DNA from: an uncultured Nitrospiraceae bacterium
GTDB taxonomy: Bacteria; Nitrospirota; Nitrospiria; Nitrospirales; Nitrospiraceae
Length of the DNA: 64,000 nucleotides
Direction of reading: 5' to 3'
Assembly (NCBI GenBank): GCA_963730935.1
Contig: CAVSTP010000002.1
Coordinates: forward strand, 256,001-320,000
Part shown: positions 9,585 through 19,497 of the stretch, piece by piece
Layout: each line of letters begins with the position of its first letter
How positions within the stretch are numbered: position 1 is the stretch's first letter
Made by a program: the position numbers and the translations under genes
The notes under the pieces: model-generated
Databases searched by the model: none
Told to the model about the DNA's origin: nothing
What the model saw: the letters and a program-made list of their open reading frames with translations, nothing else

Positions 9585-10556
9585 TCATTGCCCATCGCTC
9601 ACCGGTTCCTCTTCGATGCGTCGGCCCGTGTGCGCGAGAAACACGTCGTCCAATCGCGGCCTATTGTACTGGATGAACTCGACGCTGCACCCGACCCGGT
9701 TGGCGCATTCAAGGATAATGGGCAGCGCCTTTTCGGGCGATTCGACGCGGATATCGAGGCCCTTCGACGTCGCTCTGACTGCCTTGATCGCGGGTTGGCC
9801 TTTCAACACCGATTCGAGCGTCGGGACCTTGTCCGTTTCCTTGAGCGTCAGCGACACGATGTCTCCGCCCAGCCCGACCTTGAGTTCGACGGGGGAACCA
9901 ATCGTCTTGATCACCCCGCCATCGATAATCGCCAGCCGGTCGCACAACTGATCGGCTTCATCCAGATAATTGCTCGTCATGACGACCGTCATGCCGCGCG
10001 TCTTCAACAGTCGGATATAGTCCCAGATTTTGAGCCGGCTCTGCACATCGAGCCCCAGGGTCGGTTCGTCGAGAAACAGGACTTTGGGGTCGGGTAAGAG
10101 ACCGCAAGCAATATCGAGCTTGCGTTTCATCCCTCCCGAGTAGGTTTTTGCCGGACGATCGGCGTGCGCTTCGAGTTCCACGAGTTTCAGCAATTCGGCG
10201 ATCCGCCGGTGCGCCTCGTCCTTTGTGAGGTGATACAGGGCCCCCAGCAGTTCCAGATGCTCTCTGCCGGTGAGAAACCGGTCGATGGCTCGTTCCTGCG
10301 GAACATAGCCGATCAACTGCCGGACGCGATCAGCATCGCGCACGCTCTCGAGGCCGAAGATCGTGGCGCGCCCGGAGGTCGGCGAGAGCAGGGTGATCAG
10401 TATGCGCAGCGTGGTGCTTTTACCGGCGCCGTTCGGGCCCAGCAGGCCGAAAATTTCGCCGGCATATACCTGGAATGAGATGTCCTTGACGGCGTGATGG
10501 CCGTCATACGATTTGGACAGATGGCAGACATCGATCGCGACCGCCCGATCCATCAC
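9585..10556 (-). CDS. ABC exporter ATP-binding protein (DrrA-like)
   Basis: GPNGAGKST, YSGGMKRKL, LFLDEPT. Confidence 0.92.
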   Translation of the reverse strand: MMDRAVAIDVCHLSKSYDGHHAVKDISFQVYAGEIFGLLGPNGAGKSTTLRILITLLSPTSGRATIFGLESVRDADRVRQLIGYVPQERAIDRFLTGREHLELLGALYHLTKDEAHRRIAELLKLVELEAHADRPAKTYSGGMKRKLDIACGLLPDPKVLFLDEPTLGLDVQSRLKIWDYIRLLKTRGMTVVMTSNYLDEADQLCDRLAIIDGGVIKTIGSPVELKVGLGGDIVSLTLKETDKVPTLESVLKGQPAIKAVRATSKGLDIRVESPEKALPIILECANRVGCSVEFIQYNRPRLDDVFLAHTGRRIEEEPVSDGQ

Positions 10557-11242
10557 CCCCAGCCCTTCGCGCCGTGATGATCATGCATCAGGAATTGAAT
10601 GAGATCGCTGAGGCGGCGAGCCTGTTGATGGAGGTTCAGGGCTTCCAACAGGAATTGCTTCTCCAGCGGCGTGCAATCCAGATAGGTGGACAGGGTATTG
10701 ACGAGGATGTCATCGCTCACGTCTTCCCGAAACCAGCCTTGCCAGGTCGGCGCCTCCTGACGTGACCGGAGATACTCTTCCAGCGTCGTCACCAGCCGTT
10801 GCCGAACGGCAGGGTCAAGTGAGGGTTCCGCCGCTCGCGCCATCAGCGAAATCGAGGCGCGGCGATAGGGCTTGTCCTGAAATTCTTCGGTAATTTCAAA
10901 TCGCTCGAGACCCTGAAGCAGAATGTTGGATCGGCCGTCGGCGAGAGGCTGCACACTGACCAGCCGTCCGACGCAGCCCATCGTGAACACGGGAGGATTG
11001 CCGTAGTATTCCAACTCCCAGCCTTCCTTGAGCAGCGCGATGCCGATACACTGTCCGCCCATGACGGCGTCGTCAACCATCTCTCGATACCGCGGCTCAA
11101 AGATGTGCAGGGGAAGATAGGTCTTGGGAAACAGTACGACGTTTGGAAGCGCGAACACCGGGATCTGAGAGGGAATAGGAAACGGCGCGCTCTTGTCGGA
11201 CGGCTCCGGTTCGTGATGTTCCCGCTCGCGATCGGTTTGCAT
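10553..11242 (-). CDS. LON peptidase substrate-binding (N-terminal) domain protein
   Basis: PVFALPNVVLFP, LPLHIFEPRYREMV, DGRSNILLQGLERF. Confidence 0.88.
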   Translation of the reverse strand: MQTDREREHHEPEPSDKSAPFPIPSQIPVFALPNVVLFPKTYLPLHIFEPRYREMVDDAVMGGQCIGIALLKEGWELEYYGNPPVFTMGCVGRLVSVQPLADGRSNILLQGLERFEITEEFQDKPYRRASISLMARAAEPSLDPAVRQRLVTTLEEYLRSRQEAPTWQGWFREDVSDDILVNTLSTYLDCTPLEKQFLLEALNLHQQARRLSDLIQFLMHDHHGAKGWG

Positions 11243-11248
11243 GTGGCC

Positions 11249-11278
11249 ACGATAGCCGATGGCCGGCAAAATTGTCAA
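11249..11278 (-). promoter_or_regulatory. Sigma70-like promoter, probably leaderless, for the LON-domain/ABC operon
   Basis: TTGACA-18 nt-TATCGT-6 nt-ATG(11242). Confidence 0.55.
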
Positions 11279-11399
11279 CGGCGCGATGGCCGTTTTCGAG
11301 CGTGCAGACAGCGCAGAAATCCCTCATCATTACTGGCGATTTGTGACTTTCAGCCGCCGCATGTTATAAGCGCAACACCCCCTACACGGAAACGCTGTG

Positions 11400-12530
11400 A
11401 TGACTCTCGGACCACGATTGCTGCTCCTCTTCTGCTGCCTCTGTCTCGTTCCCACCGTGTCGGCGGACAACGGTGCCTTCACTCAGGCGCGAGAAGGGTA
11501 TCACTACCAATTTCCGCGCGACCATGGCTCGCACGATGCATTCCGCACCGAATGGTGGTACTACACGGGGAACCTCACGGCGAAGAACGGCCGCGCCTTC
11601 GGCTACCAACTCACGTTCTTTCGCCGCGGAATCCCGCCGGATCAGGTCGAAACATTGCCCTCGAAATGGTCCATCACACAGCTGTACCTCGCGCACTTTG
11701 CCGTGAGTGATCTAAAGAAGGGCCGATTTCAGTACGCGGAAAAGCTCAGCCGGGCCGCTCTCGGCAAAGCGGGAGCAGAAGCTGAGCGTTTGCACGTGTG
11801 GATCGATCGATGGCGCACCGAAACGCTCGGGCCGGAGACATCTGGACGGGACGCCCCGGCGCAGATCCTGGAAGCCTCCGACGGCGACTTCTCCATCACG
11901 CTGACCGTCGTGCCCGACAAACCCTTGGTCGTGCACGGCACCGGAGGAATCAGCCGCAAGGGCACCGAGAGTGGACAATCCTCCCATTACTATTCGTGGA
12001 CCAATCTGGCAACGAGGGGGAGCCTCACGATTGGGGGCGAATCGTTCGACGTTGCGGGGACCAGTTGGATGGACCACGAGTTCGGATCCGCCGACTTGAG
12101 TCCGGAACTCGTCGGATGGGATTGGTTCAGTCTCCAGATGGCCGATCAGACGGAGATTATGCTCTATCGCCTGCGGCGTGCCGACGGGTCAGCCCATCCT
12201 GCCTCGAGCGGCACGTTCATCGACCGGGAGGGCGGAGCGCATCCTCTGTCCCTCAAGGATTTCACGTTGGAGCCGACCAGTTATTGGAGCAGTCCGCTCA
12301 GCAAGGCTCGTTACCCGCAGAGATGGCGCCTGACCGTGCCTTCGAAAAACCTTTCACTCGAACTGGTTCCACGCATGGACGAGCAAGAGCTTCGGACGGA
12401 ACGCAGCACTCAGGTCACGTACTGGGAAGGCGCGATCGAGAGCACGGGCACCTCTAGCGGTAAGCCTATCACCGGGCTGGGCTACATGGAATTGACCGGG
12501 TACGCCGAACGATTCACGAAAAAGCTGTAG
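11400..12530 (+). CDS. Secreted AttH/CrtC-like lipocalin-fold hydrolase
   Basis: Signal peptide, FPRDHGSH, EWWYYTGNL, WMDHEF, GWDWFSLQ, YWEG, GYMELTGY. Confidence 0.85.
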   Translation: MTLGPRLLLLFCCLCLVPTVSADNGAFTQAREGYHYQFPRDHGSHDAFRTEWWYYTGNLTAKNGRAFGYQLTFFRRGIPPDQVETLPSKWSITQLYLAHFAVSDLKKGRFQYAEKLSRAALGKAGAEAERLHVWIDRWRTETLGPETSGRDAPAQILEASDGDFSITLTVVPDKPLVVHGTGGISRKGTESGQSSHYYSWTNLATRGSLTIGGESFDVAGTSWMDHEFGSADLSPELVGWDWFSLQMADQTEIMLYRLRRADGSAHPASSGTFIDREGGAHPLSLKDFTLEPTSYWSSPLSKARYPQRWRLTVPSKNLSLELVPRMDEQELRTERSTQVTYWEGAIESTGTSSGKPITGLGYMELTGYAERFTKKL

Positions 12531-12545
12531 AGACGAGACCACCGG

Positions 12546-13583
12546 ATGCCGATTTCCCGTATGCTGATGTTCTATCACCTGGCGGCCATCGTCCTGATGC
12601 TCTGGCTCAGCGGTTGTCAGAAGGACAGCGAGGCCATCGTGTCGATCGCCCTGCACCCTACCAACCGGAAGATTCTGTACGTGGCCACCAATGATGCCGT
12701 ATACAAATCTCGCGACGGCGGCGACTCCTGGGAAAAATTTCCAAGCTTCAGTGCCCGGCGGGTGACGACGGTAGCGATTGATCCGCAGCTACCGGCAACC
12801 GTCTATGCCGGCACGATGGGCGACGCTGTCTATAAGAGTCCGGACGGAGGACAACATTGGCTGCCGCACAACGTCGGCCTCAAGGAACACGTGTCATTTG
12901 TCAATCAGTTCGTCTTTCATCCGGCCCTCAGCGAGAAAATCTATGCCGCCACTACTGTCGGCGCCTTCTATACAAAAGATGCGGGACGTGAATGGGAAGA
13001 GCGGATGAACGGGATGAAGGAGGTCCACATCGTCACCGCGATCGCCATCAATCCGAAGGACCCCGCTGTGCTCTACGGAGGCACGACCGGCGGAATGTAC
13101 CGCTCGGAAGATGGAGCAATGACCTGGAAGAAAATCAACAACGGTCTCATCCCCGAAAGCGAACTGATGGCTTCCATGGCTCTTGGTGTCAACGCCATCG
13201 AAATCGACCACATGAATCCCGATATCGTGTATGCGGGTACGACGAAGGGACTCTATCGCACGACGAACAAGGGAGAGTCCTGGGCACGGATCGGGCAGTC
13301 GATCCCCGAACCGTTTATCAGCAGTATCGTGCTCCACCCCAGCGACTCGTCAATTCTCTACGTCGGAGGGCCCGGCGGAGTCTGGAAGAGTGACGACAGC
13401 GGAAAAACATGGGCGGCCAGAATTGACGGCCTGGCCAGTCTCAATATCAGGGCACTCGCGATGGAGCCCAAAGATCTTCGGACATTGTATGCCGGCACCA
13501 ACGGGAGCGGCCTCTATCGTTCCACTGATGCCGGGGGGAGATGGACCGGGGTCCCGCTCAAAGCCGCGGATGCCCGCAGTTAG
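12546..13583 (+). CDS. BNR/Asp-box repeat beta-propeller lipoprotein
   Basis: Lipobox LSGC; repeated SxDGGxxW motifs. Confidence 0.85.
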   Translation: MPISRMLMFYHLAAIVLMLWLSGCQKDSEAIVSIALHPTNRKILYVATNDAVYKSRDGGDSWEKFPSFSARRVTTVAIDPQLPATVYAGTMGDAVYKSPDGGQHWLPHNVGLKEHVSFVNQFVFHPALSEKIYAATTVGAFYTKDAGREWEERMNGMKEVHIVTAIAINPKDPAVLYGGTTGGMYRSEDGAMTWKKINNGLIPESELMASMALGVNAIEIDHMNPDIVYAGTTKGLYRTTNKGESWARIGQSIPEPFISSIVLHPSDSSILYVGGPGGVWKSDDSGKTWAARIDGLASLNIRALAMEPKDLRTLYAGTNGSGLYRSTDAGGRWTGVPLKAADARS

Positions 13584-13664
13584 CCTCCTAATACCCTGTC
13601 TTCGGCCTCTGCGCTTCCGTGGCCATTGTCAGTGTCAACGAGCATACCGTATCATTCATTCGCC

Positions 13665-14027
13665 ATGACTCACCCGACTGCCGCCCAATCGGATCTCGTT
13701 CTGACGCTCCGCGAGGAATTCCGCTCTCATTTGGAAACGTTCTACTCACGGCTCAAGCTTGCGCCTCCCTACGAAAGCGTCGAGAAGGCCATCCGTTCCC
13801 TGACGACAGCCGTGCACGGCCTGCCGAACGCTCAGCGGGCTCGTCTTGCGCAGGATCCGGGGCAGAGATGGGATCAGTTCCGCCGGGCGTTCGAAACGTC
13901 GGGACTCGCCAAGAAACATCGCGGCATCATTGCAGGCTTGGCGCGGAACAGAGAGGGTCTCGGGCTGCCCGCAGAGTACGACCATTTTCTAAACTTGTTC
14001 ACCTCAAGCTCCCCTGGACCTTCCTGA
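13665..14027 (+). CDS. Hypothetical protein
   Basis: ORF with helical, protein-like composition; TATCAT 9 nt before the ATG. Confidence 0.55.
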   Translation: MTHPTAAQSDLVLTLREEFRSHLETFYSRLKLAPPYESVEKAIRSLTTAVHGLPNAQRARLAQDPGQRWDQFRRAFETSGLAKKHRGIIAGLARNREGLGLPAEYDHFLNLFTSSSPGPS

Positions 14028-14645
14028 GGAGACGGTCGTCGTATCATCCACGACGGCTTTCAGTTCGTCGTACACTTGAGCGAAACGACTGCTCTCCAGC
14101 CGATAGGAGAGCATGACGGTCACAATCCCGAATGCGAACACGAGCAGCCCGATGCCTAAAATCCCAGCGCCCATCAAGAGACCGCTCAGCGACTCGAACC
14201 CGCCCTGCGTTCCGTAGGTGATCATGAAGGCCGTGGTGCCTAGCCCTACGAGAAGAAACCAGACCAGGGTAAGGATAGCTGACGACCAGGGAATTCGCTT
14301 GATGCATACGGCGCGAACTCCCTGGGCGTCGGGCAGCAAGTGAATGAGGCCCTTGAGCGGCCAGGCGGTTCGAAAGCCCACGGCGAACAACCGATATTGA
14401 GGCCGCAGCGCAATCTGCCGGATCTCTGGGTAAAAGCGGGCAATGCCGTGGGGAAGCGTGAGGGCGCCATCCGCATCGACGCGGGCCTCAAGACGCATTA
14501 CACTCTGTAAGGAGAACCGGTCCACTGTGCGCGCAATTCCGCAGCCGTAACGTCCGGCATCCGGAGTCAGGCGCACGAAATAGAGCCAGTCCCCGAGGAT
14601 CAACCCGAGGAACAGAACTCCTGCAAACAGTCCCGCAAGTATCAT
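14004..14645 (-). CDS. Hypothetical membrane protein
   Basis: Three hydrophobic segments. Confidence 0.6.
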   Translation of the reverse strand: MILAGLFAGVLFLGLILGDWLYFVRLTPDAGRYGCGIARTVDRFSLQSVMRLEARVDADGALTLPHGIARFYPEIRQIALRPQYRLFAVGFRTAWPLKGLIHLLPDAQGVRAVCIKRIPWSSAILTLVWFLLVGLGTTAFMITYGTQGGFESLSGLLMGAGILGIGLLVFAFGIVTVMLSYRLESSRFAQVYDELKAVVDDTTTVSSGRSRGA

Positions 14646-14721
14646 GGCCCTAGTCGTTTCCGCAGTGCGAGAAGCACGAAGCCGATTCCCCTAGCATTTC
14701 CCTAGGACCAAATCAATTCTG

Positions 14722-14750
14722 TTGACTCGCTATCTGGAGTTGGTTATTGT
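14722..14750 (+). promoter_or_regulatory. Sigma70-like promoter upstream of the methyltransferase
   Basis: TTGACT-17 nt-TATTGT. Confidence 0.6.
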
Positions 14751-14888
14751 AGCGATGGTTTTTTGGGTTGGCGGGTTCCTCGCTCCATTCAGGCGCTCCG
14801 CCGCTACGGATTCTCCCCAATGGAATAATTCCGCCATTCCTCCCTGCTTCGAGCAGAAGCAGGAGTCTGATGTGTGGTTGGAGGTGAC

Positions 14889-15614
14889 ATGGATTTGCAC
14901 AAGGTCGAGCGGGTCTATACGTCCTACGCCGGTGTATACGATAAAATTTTCGGCAAGGTGTTTCACGAAGGACGTGAGTCCGCCATCCGCAACCTGAACG
15001 TCCAACCCAATGAGCGCATCCTTGAAGTCGGAGTCGGCACCGGCATCGCCCTCCCCATGTATCCCCGGCACTGCGAGATCATCGCCATCGATTTTTCAGA
15101 AGGCATGTTGGAAATTGCCAGGAAGCGCACGGCCGAGCATCAAATGAGCCACGTCACCTTGCATCGCATGGACGCCGGCGCCATGGAATTCGAGGACAGC
15201 ACCTTCGATACCGTCGTTGCGGCTTACGTGGTGACGGCCGTACCCGACTACCGTAAGGTGGTCAGTGAAATGATCCGCGTCTGCCGTCCCGGCGGCCGCA
15301 TCATCATGCTCAATCATTTCAGCAACGAAAACAAGATGGTGGCAGCTGTCGAGAAAGTGATTTCACCACTGACGAAGCATCTGGGCTGGCGAACAGACCT
15401 ATCATTGGATAACGTGCTGGAAGGCACCGAACTGCACGTGGCCAGGAAGCAGAACGTCAATCCGCTCCGGTTTTGGGCCCTTGTCGAATGCGTCAACTGC
15501 AAGAACGGGCATAGCATCGCGCATAAGAAAGGCGCGGCCTACGCCAACGGTACGACGGTCTACACCCCCAGCGCGCTCGGGGCCGGAGCCACGAACGAAG
15601 AAGCCCTCGCCTGA
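14889..15614 (+). CDS. Class I SAM methyltransferase (PmtA-like phospholipid N-methyltransferase)
   Basis: YAGVYDKIFG, ILEVGVGTG, RVCRPGG, NHF; GGAGGTG RBS. Confidence 0.8.
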   Translation: MDLHKVERVYTSYAGVYDKIFGKVFHEGRESAIRNLNVQPNERILEVGVGTGIALPMYPRHCEIIAIDFSEGMLEIARKRTAEHQMSHVTLHRMDAGAMEFEDSTFDTVVAAYVVTAVPDYRKVVSEMIRVCRPGGRIIMLNHFSNENKMVAAVEKVISPLTKHLGWRTDLSLDNVLEGTELHVARKQNVNPLRFWALVECVNCKNGHSIAHKKGAAYANGTTVYTPSALGAGATNEEALA

Positions 15615-15618
15615 CAGG

Positions 15619-16452
15619 CTACTGGTCCGCTTTTCCCGTGTTCGTCCACCGCAGCTGCTCCAATGACTTCCAACTGAGCCATTCTCCGCCGGGTATGATC
15701 GTATTGCCGACCAGGCACTGACCTGAAAAGCGGCGAACGATGAGGTCTGACAGACAGGACAGCAACCGGTTCGCCGCCGTCCCGTGCGAGCCGTTGACGT
15801 GCAGCAGAATCCCGAATCCGGGTCCATCCAGCGGTCCGTACAGCATCACGTGCACCGCAGACTGCTCAATGGCATCCGCGCCATGGGCCGGCAGCATGGT
15901 CCCTTCCCACCGGATAAGCGACGCATCTTCTTGGGACGCCTTGGCCTTCTTCCATGTGCAGGGCATCCCGGCATTATCCAATTCACCGAGCAACCACTCG
16001 ATGGTCGGCCATTCGCTGGTTGGACTCTGGAAAATCCAACGCGCGACCGGTTCACGCGTTCGGTCATCGCACGACGGCATTGACACTTCCTCGAGTTGAG
16101 CCTCGTCGCAGACCACATACAGTTCCCCTTGCGGATCAAACCAGAATCGCAGCTTCCCGGCCGTACACTCCGCGTGAATCACGCTGAGACCGGAGCAGTC
16201 GGCGCCCTCCTGCTCGAACACTGAAAAATCGGTTACCCCTCTCATGGTGAGCTTTGCCACTCGTTCCATGTGACGAAGACTGTACCGTATGACCACCGTC
16301 ACGACTGTATCGGCAAGCACTTCGCGGCCTGATCCTTCATCGAAGAGACGGCGCTTCGACATCTGCACATCGGTGACATAGCCGCCCCGGAATCCGCCTG
16401 TATGGCCCAGCAGCCACCGGAGATCCTCCACGTCCTTGATAGGCATTTGCAT
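15619..16452 (-). CDS. Hypothetical protein
   Basis: 277-aa ORF with TACAAT 6 nt upstream of the ATG. Confidence 0.65.
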   Translation of the reverse strand: MQMPIKDVEDLRWLLGHTGGFRGGYVTDVQMSKRRLFDEGSGREVLADTVVTVVIRYSLRHMERVAKLTMRGVTDFSVFEQEGADCSGLSVIHAECTAGKLRFWFDPQGELYVVCDEAQLEEVSMPSCDDRTREPVARWIFQSPTSEWPTIEWLLGELDNAGMPCTWKKAKASQEDASLIRWEGTMLPAHGADAIEQSAVHVMLYGPLDGPGFGILLHVNGSHGTAANRLLSCLSDLIVRRFSGQCLVGNTIIPGGEWLSWKSLEQLRWTNTGKADQ

Positions 16453-16551
16453 AGTGGGATTGTAACGCAGGATGATGCGAGAGGCTAGAGAACTACGACG
16501 GGTTGCAAACCCCGGGCTGGATCGCCGGAGGAGAATTGCGCCCGAAAGGGG

Positions 16552-16944
16552 TTATGCACATCCCACGCGCTCGCCCCTGAGGATCTTGCCGCTCTGATCC
16601 GCAAAAAAATGGAGCTGGCAATTGACGTTGCCGCCATACAGAGGAAGGAGTTCGTACGCGTCCGCCTGCCCTGGCATACGATCGATGGCGAAGTCCCATA
16701 CCATCTGGATCGTGCCATCCTCCAACTGATGGGGATGGAGATTGGGAGGCCCGAGTTCCACATAGAGATCAGTGACCTGTCCGCCGACCCATCGCTTAAT
16801 GACATCGTCCCAAGTCTGATACGGCCCAGCGACATCGCGCTTCGCCGCGTCCTTGCTTTCGGTCGCACAGCCGGTAGCGATGACGGCGGCAACACACAGT
16901 ACGCATAGTTTGAACGCCAGCATGGTTCGACATCGCATCATCAA
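16552..16944 (-). CDS. Hypothetical lipoprotein
   Basis: Signal peptide with ATGC lipobox; GGAG upstream. Confidence 0.65.
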   Translation of the reverse strand: MMMRCRTMLAFKLCVLCVAAVIATGCATESKDAAKRDVAGPYQTWDDVIKRWVGGQVTDLYVELGPPNLHPHQLEDGTIQMVWDFAIDRMPGQADAYELLPLYGGNVNCQLHFFADQSGKILRGERVGCA

Positions 16945-17004
16945 CTCCTTCCGGTGAGGTTGCAGAGAGCGTCCAAACGCATGACTCTGACGTCTCCGAC
17001 CGCA

Positions 17005-17526
17005 TTACGTGAGAAGGTTCACGTCCTCGAGCAGGCTTCCGTACACTCTGAAGTCGCCCTCCGAGAAGCAACAAAACGTCACCTCGCGCAGGCCAGAGGG
17101 TTTTCCTGCGAACTCGCGAGTGGCGGTGATGGCAATCCTGGCGGCTTCATCGAATGGATAGCCATAGATTCCAGTACTGATGCTCGGGAAAGCCAAGGTC
17201 GTAATCCCTTTGTCGTTGGCAAGTGCCAGGGAGGTTCGATAGCAAGACGCGAGCAACTCCGGCTCACCTCGCTGGCCGCCATGCCACACAGGCCCGACGG
17301 TGTGAATGATGTAGCGGGCTGGGAGACGATATCCCTTCGTCAATTTGGCATCGCCGGTCCGGCAGCCACCGAGCAGACGGCATTCATCCAACAACTCGGG
17401 TCCAGCTGCACGATGAATTGCACCGCACACACCGCCGCCTGGAAGGAGTGATTCATTCGCGGCATTCACGACGGCGTCGACATTCAATGTGGTGATGTCG
17501 GCCTGAATCGCCCGAAGCCTGGCCAT
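17005..17526 (-). CDS. Macrodomain protein (O-acetyl-ADP-ribose deacetylase, YmdB-like)
   Basis: [43 protein letters not shown]. Confidence 0.92.
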   Translation of the reverse strand: MARLRAIQADITTLNVDAVVNAANESLLPGGGVCGAIHRAAGPELLDECRLLGGCRTGDAKLTKGYRLPARYIIHTVGPVWHGGQRGEPELLASCYRTSLALANDKGITTLAFPSISTGIYGYPFDEAARIAITATREFAGKPSGLREVTFCCFSEGDFRVYGSLLEDVNLLT

Positions 17527-17726
17527 GACGCAAGACGCCCTTCACAGTCGGGGGGAGGATAGTGTGATTACCTGAACGTGTCAATGGAAACGGGCGGCAT
17601 CGGGACGCACGACCATCCTTGTCCTGGTCCGCCGTGTTTCTTGCGTTGATTACCGCTATATACCTGAAGTAGCCTAGAAAGCTTGTTTCGCACGAAGCTT
17701 CTTTGCAGAAAGGAGATGTGTCGATC

Positions 17727-18902
17727 ATGGCCGGTTTTCCCATCGAAGTCGCGACCCGCATCAAGACATTGCCGCCCTATTTGTTCGCTGCCATCGATAA
17801 GATGAAGCAGGCAGCCATTGCCCGTGGAGTCGATATCATCAACCTCGGTATCGGCGATCCTGATTTGCCGACTCCTGCCCCCATTGTCGAGAGCCTTGCC
17901 CAGGCCGCCAAGAATTCTAAACACCATCAGTACCCGTCGTATGAAGGCATGCTGTCGTTCCGCAAAGCTGTGGCCGAGTGGTATCAACGGCGATTCGGCG
18001 TCAAGCTGGACGCGGCGGACGAAGTACTCACACTCATCGGTTCCAAGGAAGGCATCGGTCATATTCACCTGGCTTTCGTCGATCCCGGCGATGTCGTGCT
18101 GGTGCCGAGTCCCGGCTATCCGGTGTACCCGGTCGGCACAAGCTTCTGCGGCGGCGTCTCGCATCTCATGCCGCTCACCAAGGCGAACGGCTTCTTGCCC
18201 GACCTCAATGCAATTCCGGAGGAGGTGGCCAGAAAAGCCAAACTGATGTGGCTGAATTCGCCGAATAATCCCACTTCGGTCGTCATGACGAAAGAGTACT
18301 TCAAGCGAGCCGTCGCATTCGCACGGGAGCACCAGGTTATCGTCTGCCATGATGCGGCCTATTCGGAGATTTATTACGACGGCCAGCGTCCGGCAAGCTT
18401 CATGGAAGTCGACGGTGCAAAAGACGTCGGCGTGGAGTTTCATTCCCTGTCCAAGACCTACAACATGACCGGCTGGCGGCTCGGGTTTGCCGTCGGCAAC
18501 AAAGAGGTGCTTGCTGGGCTCGGCAAGGTGAAGAGCAATCTGGACTCGGGCGTCTTTGAAGCGGTCCAGGCCGCCGGCATCACGGCGCTCGGGTTGGACG
18601 ACGCCGTGACCGATACCATCAGAAAGACCTATCAGGAACGGCGCGACACCTTGATCCCGGGATTGAAGCAGCTGGCCTTGGAGGTCGACGCGCCTCCGGC
18701 CGCCTTCTACGTTTGGGTGGCTGTACCGAAAGGGTACACGTCAGCTTCGTTTACGGCGCATCTCCTCGAAAAAGCGGGCATCGTCACCACACCGGGCAAT
18801 GGATTCGGCGCGCCGGGAGAAGGCTACATCAGGATGACGGTCTGCACGTCGAAGGACCGATTAGCCGAGGCGGTTGAGCGGATCAAGAAAGCTGGATTTT
18901 AG
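17727..18902 (+). CDS. dapL: LL-diaminopimelate aminotransferase
   Basis: LPPYLFA, LIGSKEGIGH, NSPNNPT, HDAAY, EFHSLSKTYNMTGWR; AGGAG RBS. Confidence 0.88.
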   Translation: MAGFPIEVATRIKTLPPYLFAAIDKMKQAAIARGVDIINLGIGDPDLPTPAPIVESLAQAAKNSKHHQYPSYEGMLSFRKAVAEWYQRRFGVKLDAADEVLTLIGSKEGIGHIHLAFVDPGDVVLVPSPGYPVYPVGTSFCGGVSHLMPLTKANGFLPDLNAIPEEVARKAKLMWLNSPNNPTSVVMTKEYFKRAVAFAREHQVIVCHDAAYSEIYYDGQRPASFMEVDGAKDVGVEFHSLSKTYNMTGWRLGFAVGNKEVLAGLGKVKSNLDSGVFEAVQAAGITALGLDDAVTDTIRKTYQERRDTLIPGLKQLALEVDAPPAAFYVWVAVPKGYTSASFTAHLLEKAGIVTTPGNGFGAPGEGYIRMTVCTSKDRLAEAVERIKKAGF

Positions 18903-18939
18903 CCCGGGTGATGCAGGTTTCTCAAGAAACGCACGCCAC

Positions 18940-19497
18940 ATGGGAAGAGAGACGGTCTATATCGGGTTCGGATCGAACGTAGGAGACCGCGTCGATTTTT
19001 GCGACCGCGCCGTGACGCTCCTGAGCTTGCTGCCGCATTCGCAGGTGACAGGCGTCTCTCTCCTGTACGAAACGGAGCCGGTAAAAGATACGGTCGACCC
19101 CGGCGAAGGCTGGTTTCTCAACGGCGTGCTCGAGCTGGAGACCGACATCGCCCCACAGAGTCTGCTGGACATGCTGCGGGAGATCGAGCGGTCGCTGGGC
19201 CGCGACGAGGATCACCGTGCTGGGCCGAGGACCATCGACCTCGACATCCTCTTCTACGGCGAACGCGTCATCAATGAACCAGGGCTGACCGTGCCCCATC
19301 CGCGCCTGCACCAACGCCGCTTCGTGCTCATGCCCTTGAGCGAGCTGGCACCGCTCTTGGTCCATCCCACGCGTCTTCGTTCCGTGAACCAGATGCTCGC
19401 CGAGACCACGGATCCGACGGAAGTGCGCCTGCTGTTTCCCCAGCCTTCGACGAGATACGGGTCACGGCCGGCCTGCAGTCCCCGTCTGGACTCATGA
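18940..19497 (+). CDS. folK: 2-amino-4-hydroxy-6-hydroxymethyldihydropteridine diphosphokinase
   Basis: YIGFGSNVG, YETEP, GPRTIDLDIL, VPHPRLHQRRFVL. Confidence 0.93.
   Translation: MGRETVYIGFGSNVGDRVDFCDRAVTLLSLLPHSQVTGVSLLYETEPVKDTVDPGEGWFLNGVLELETDIAPQSLLDMLREIERSLGRDEDHRAGPRTIDLDILFYGERVINEPGLTVPHPRLHQRRFVLMPLSELAPLLVHPTRLRSVNQMLAETTDPTEVRLLFPQPSTRYGSRPACSPRLDS

Noticed and set aside
17527..17726. Lysine riboswitch upstream of dapL
   Set aside because: One GC hairpin is present but no recognisable L-box consensus.
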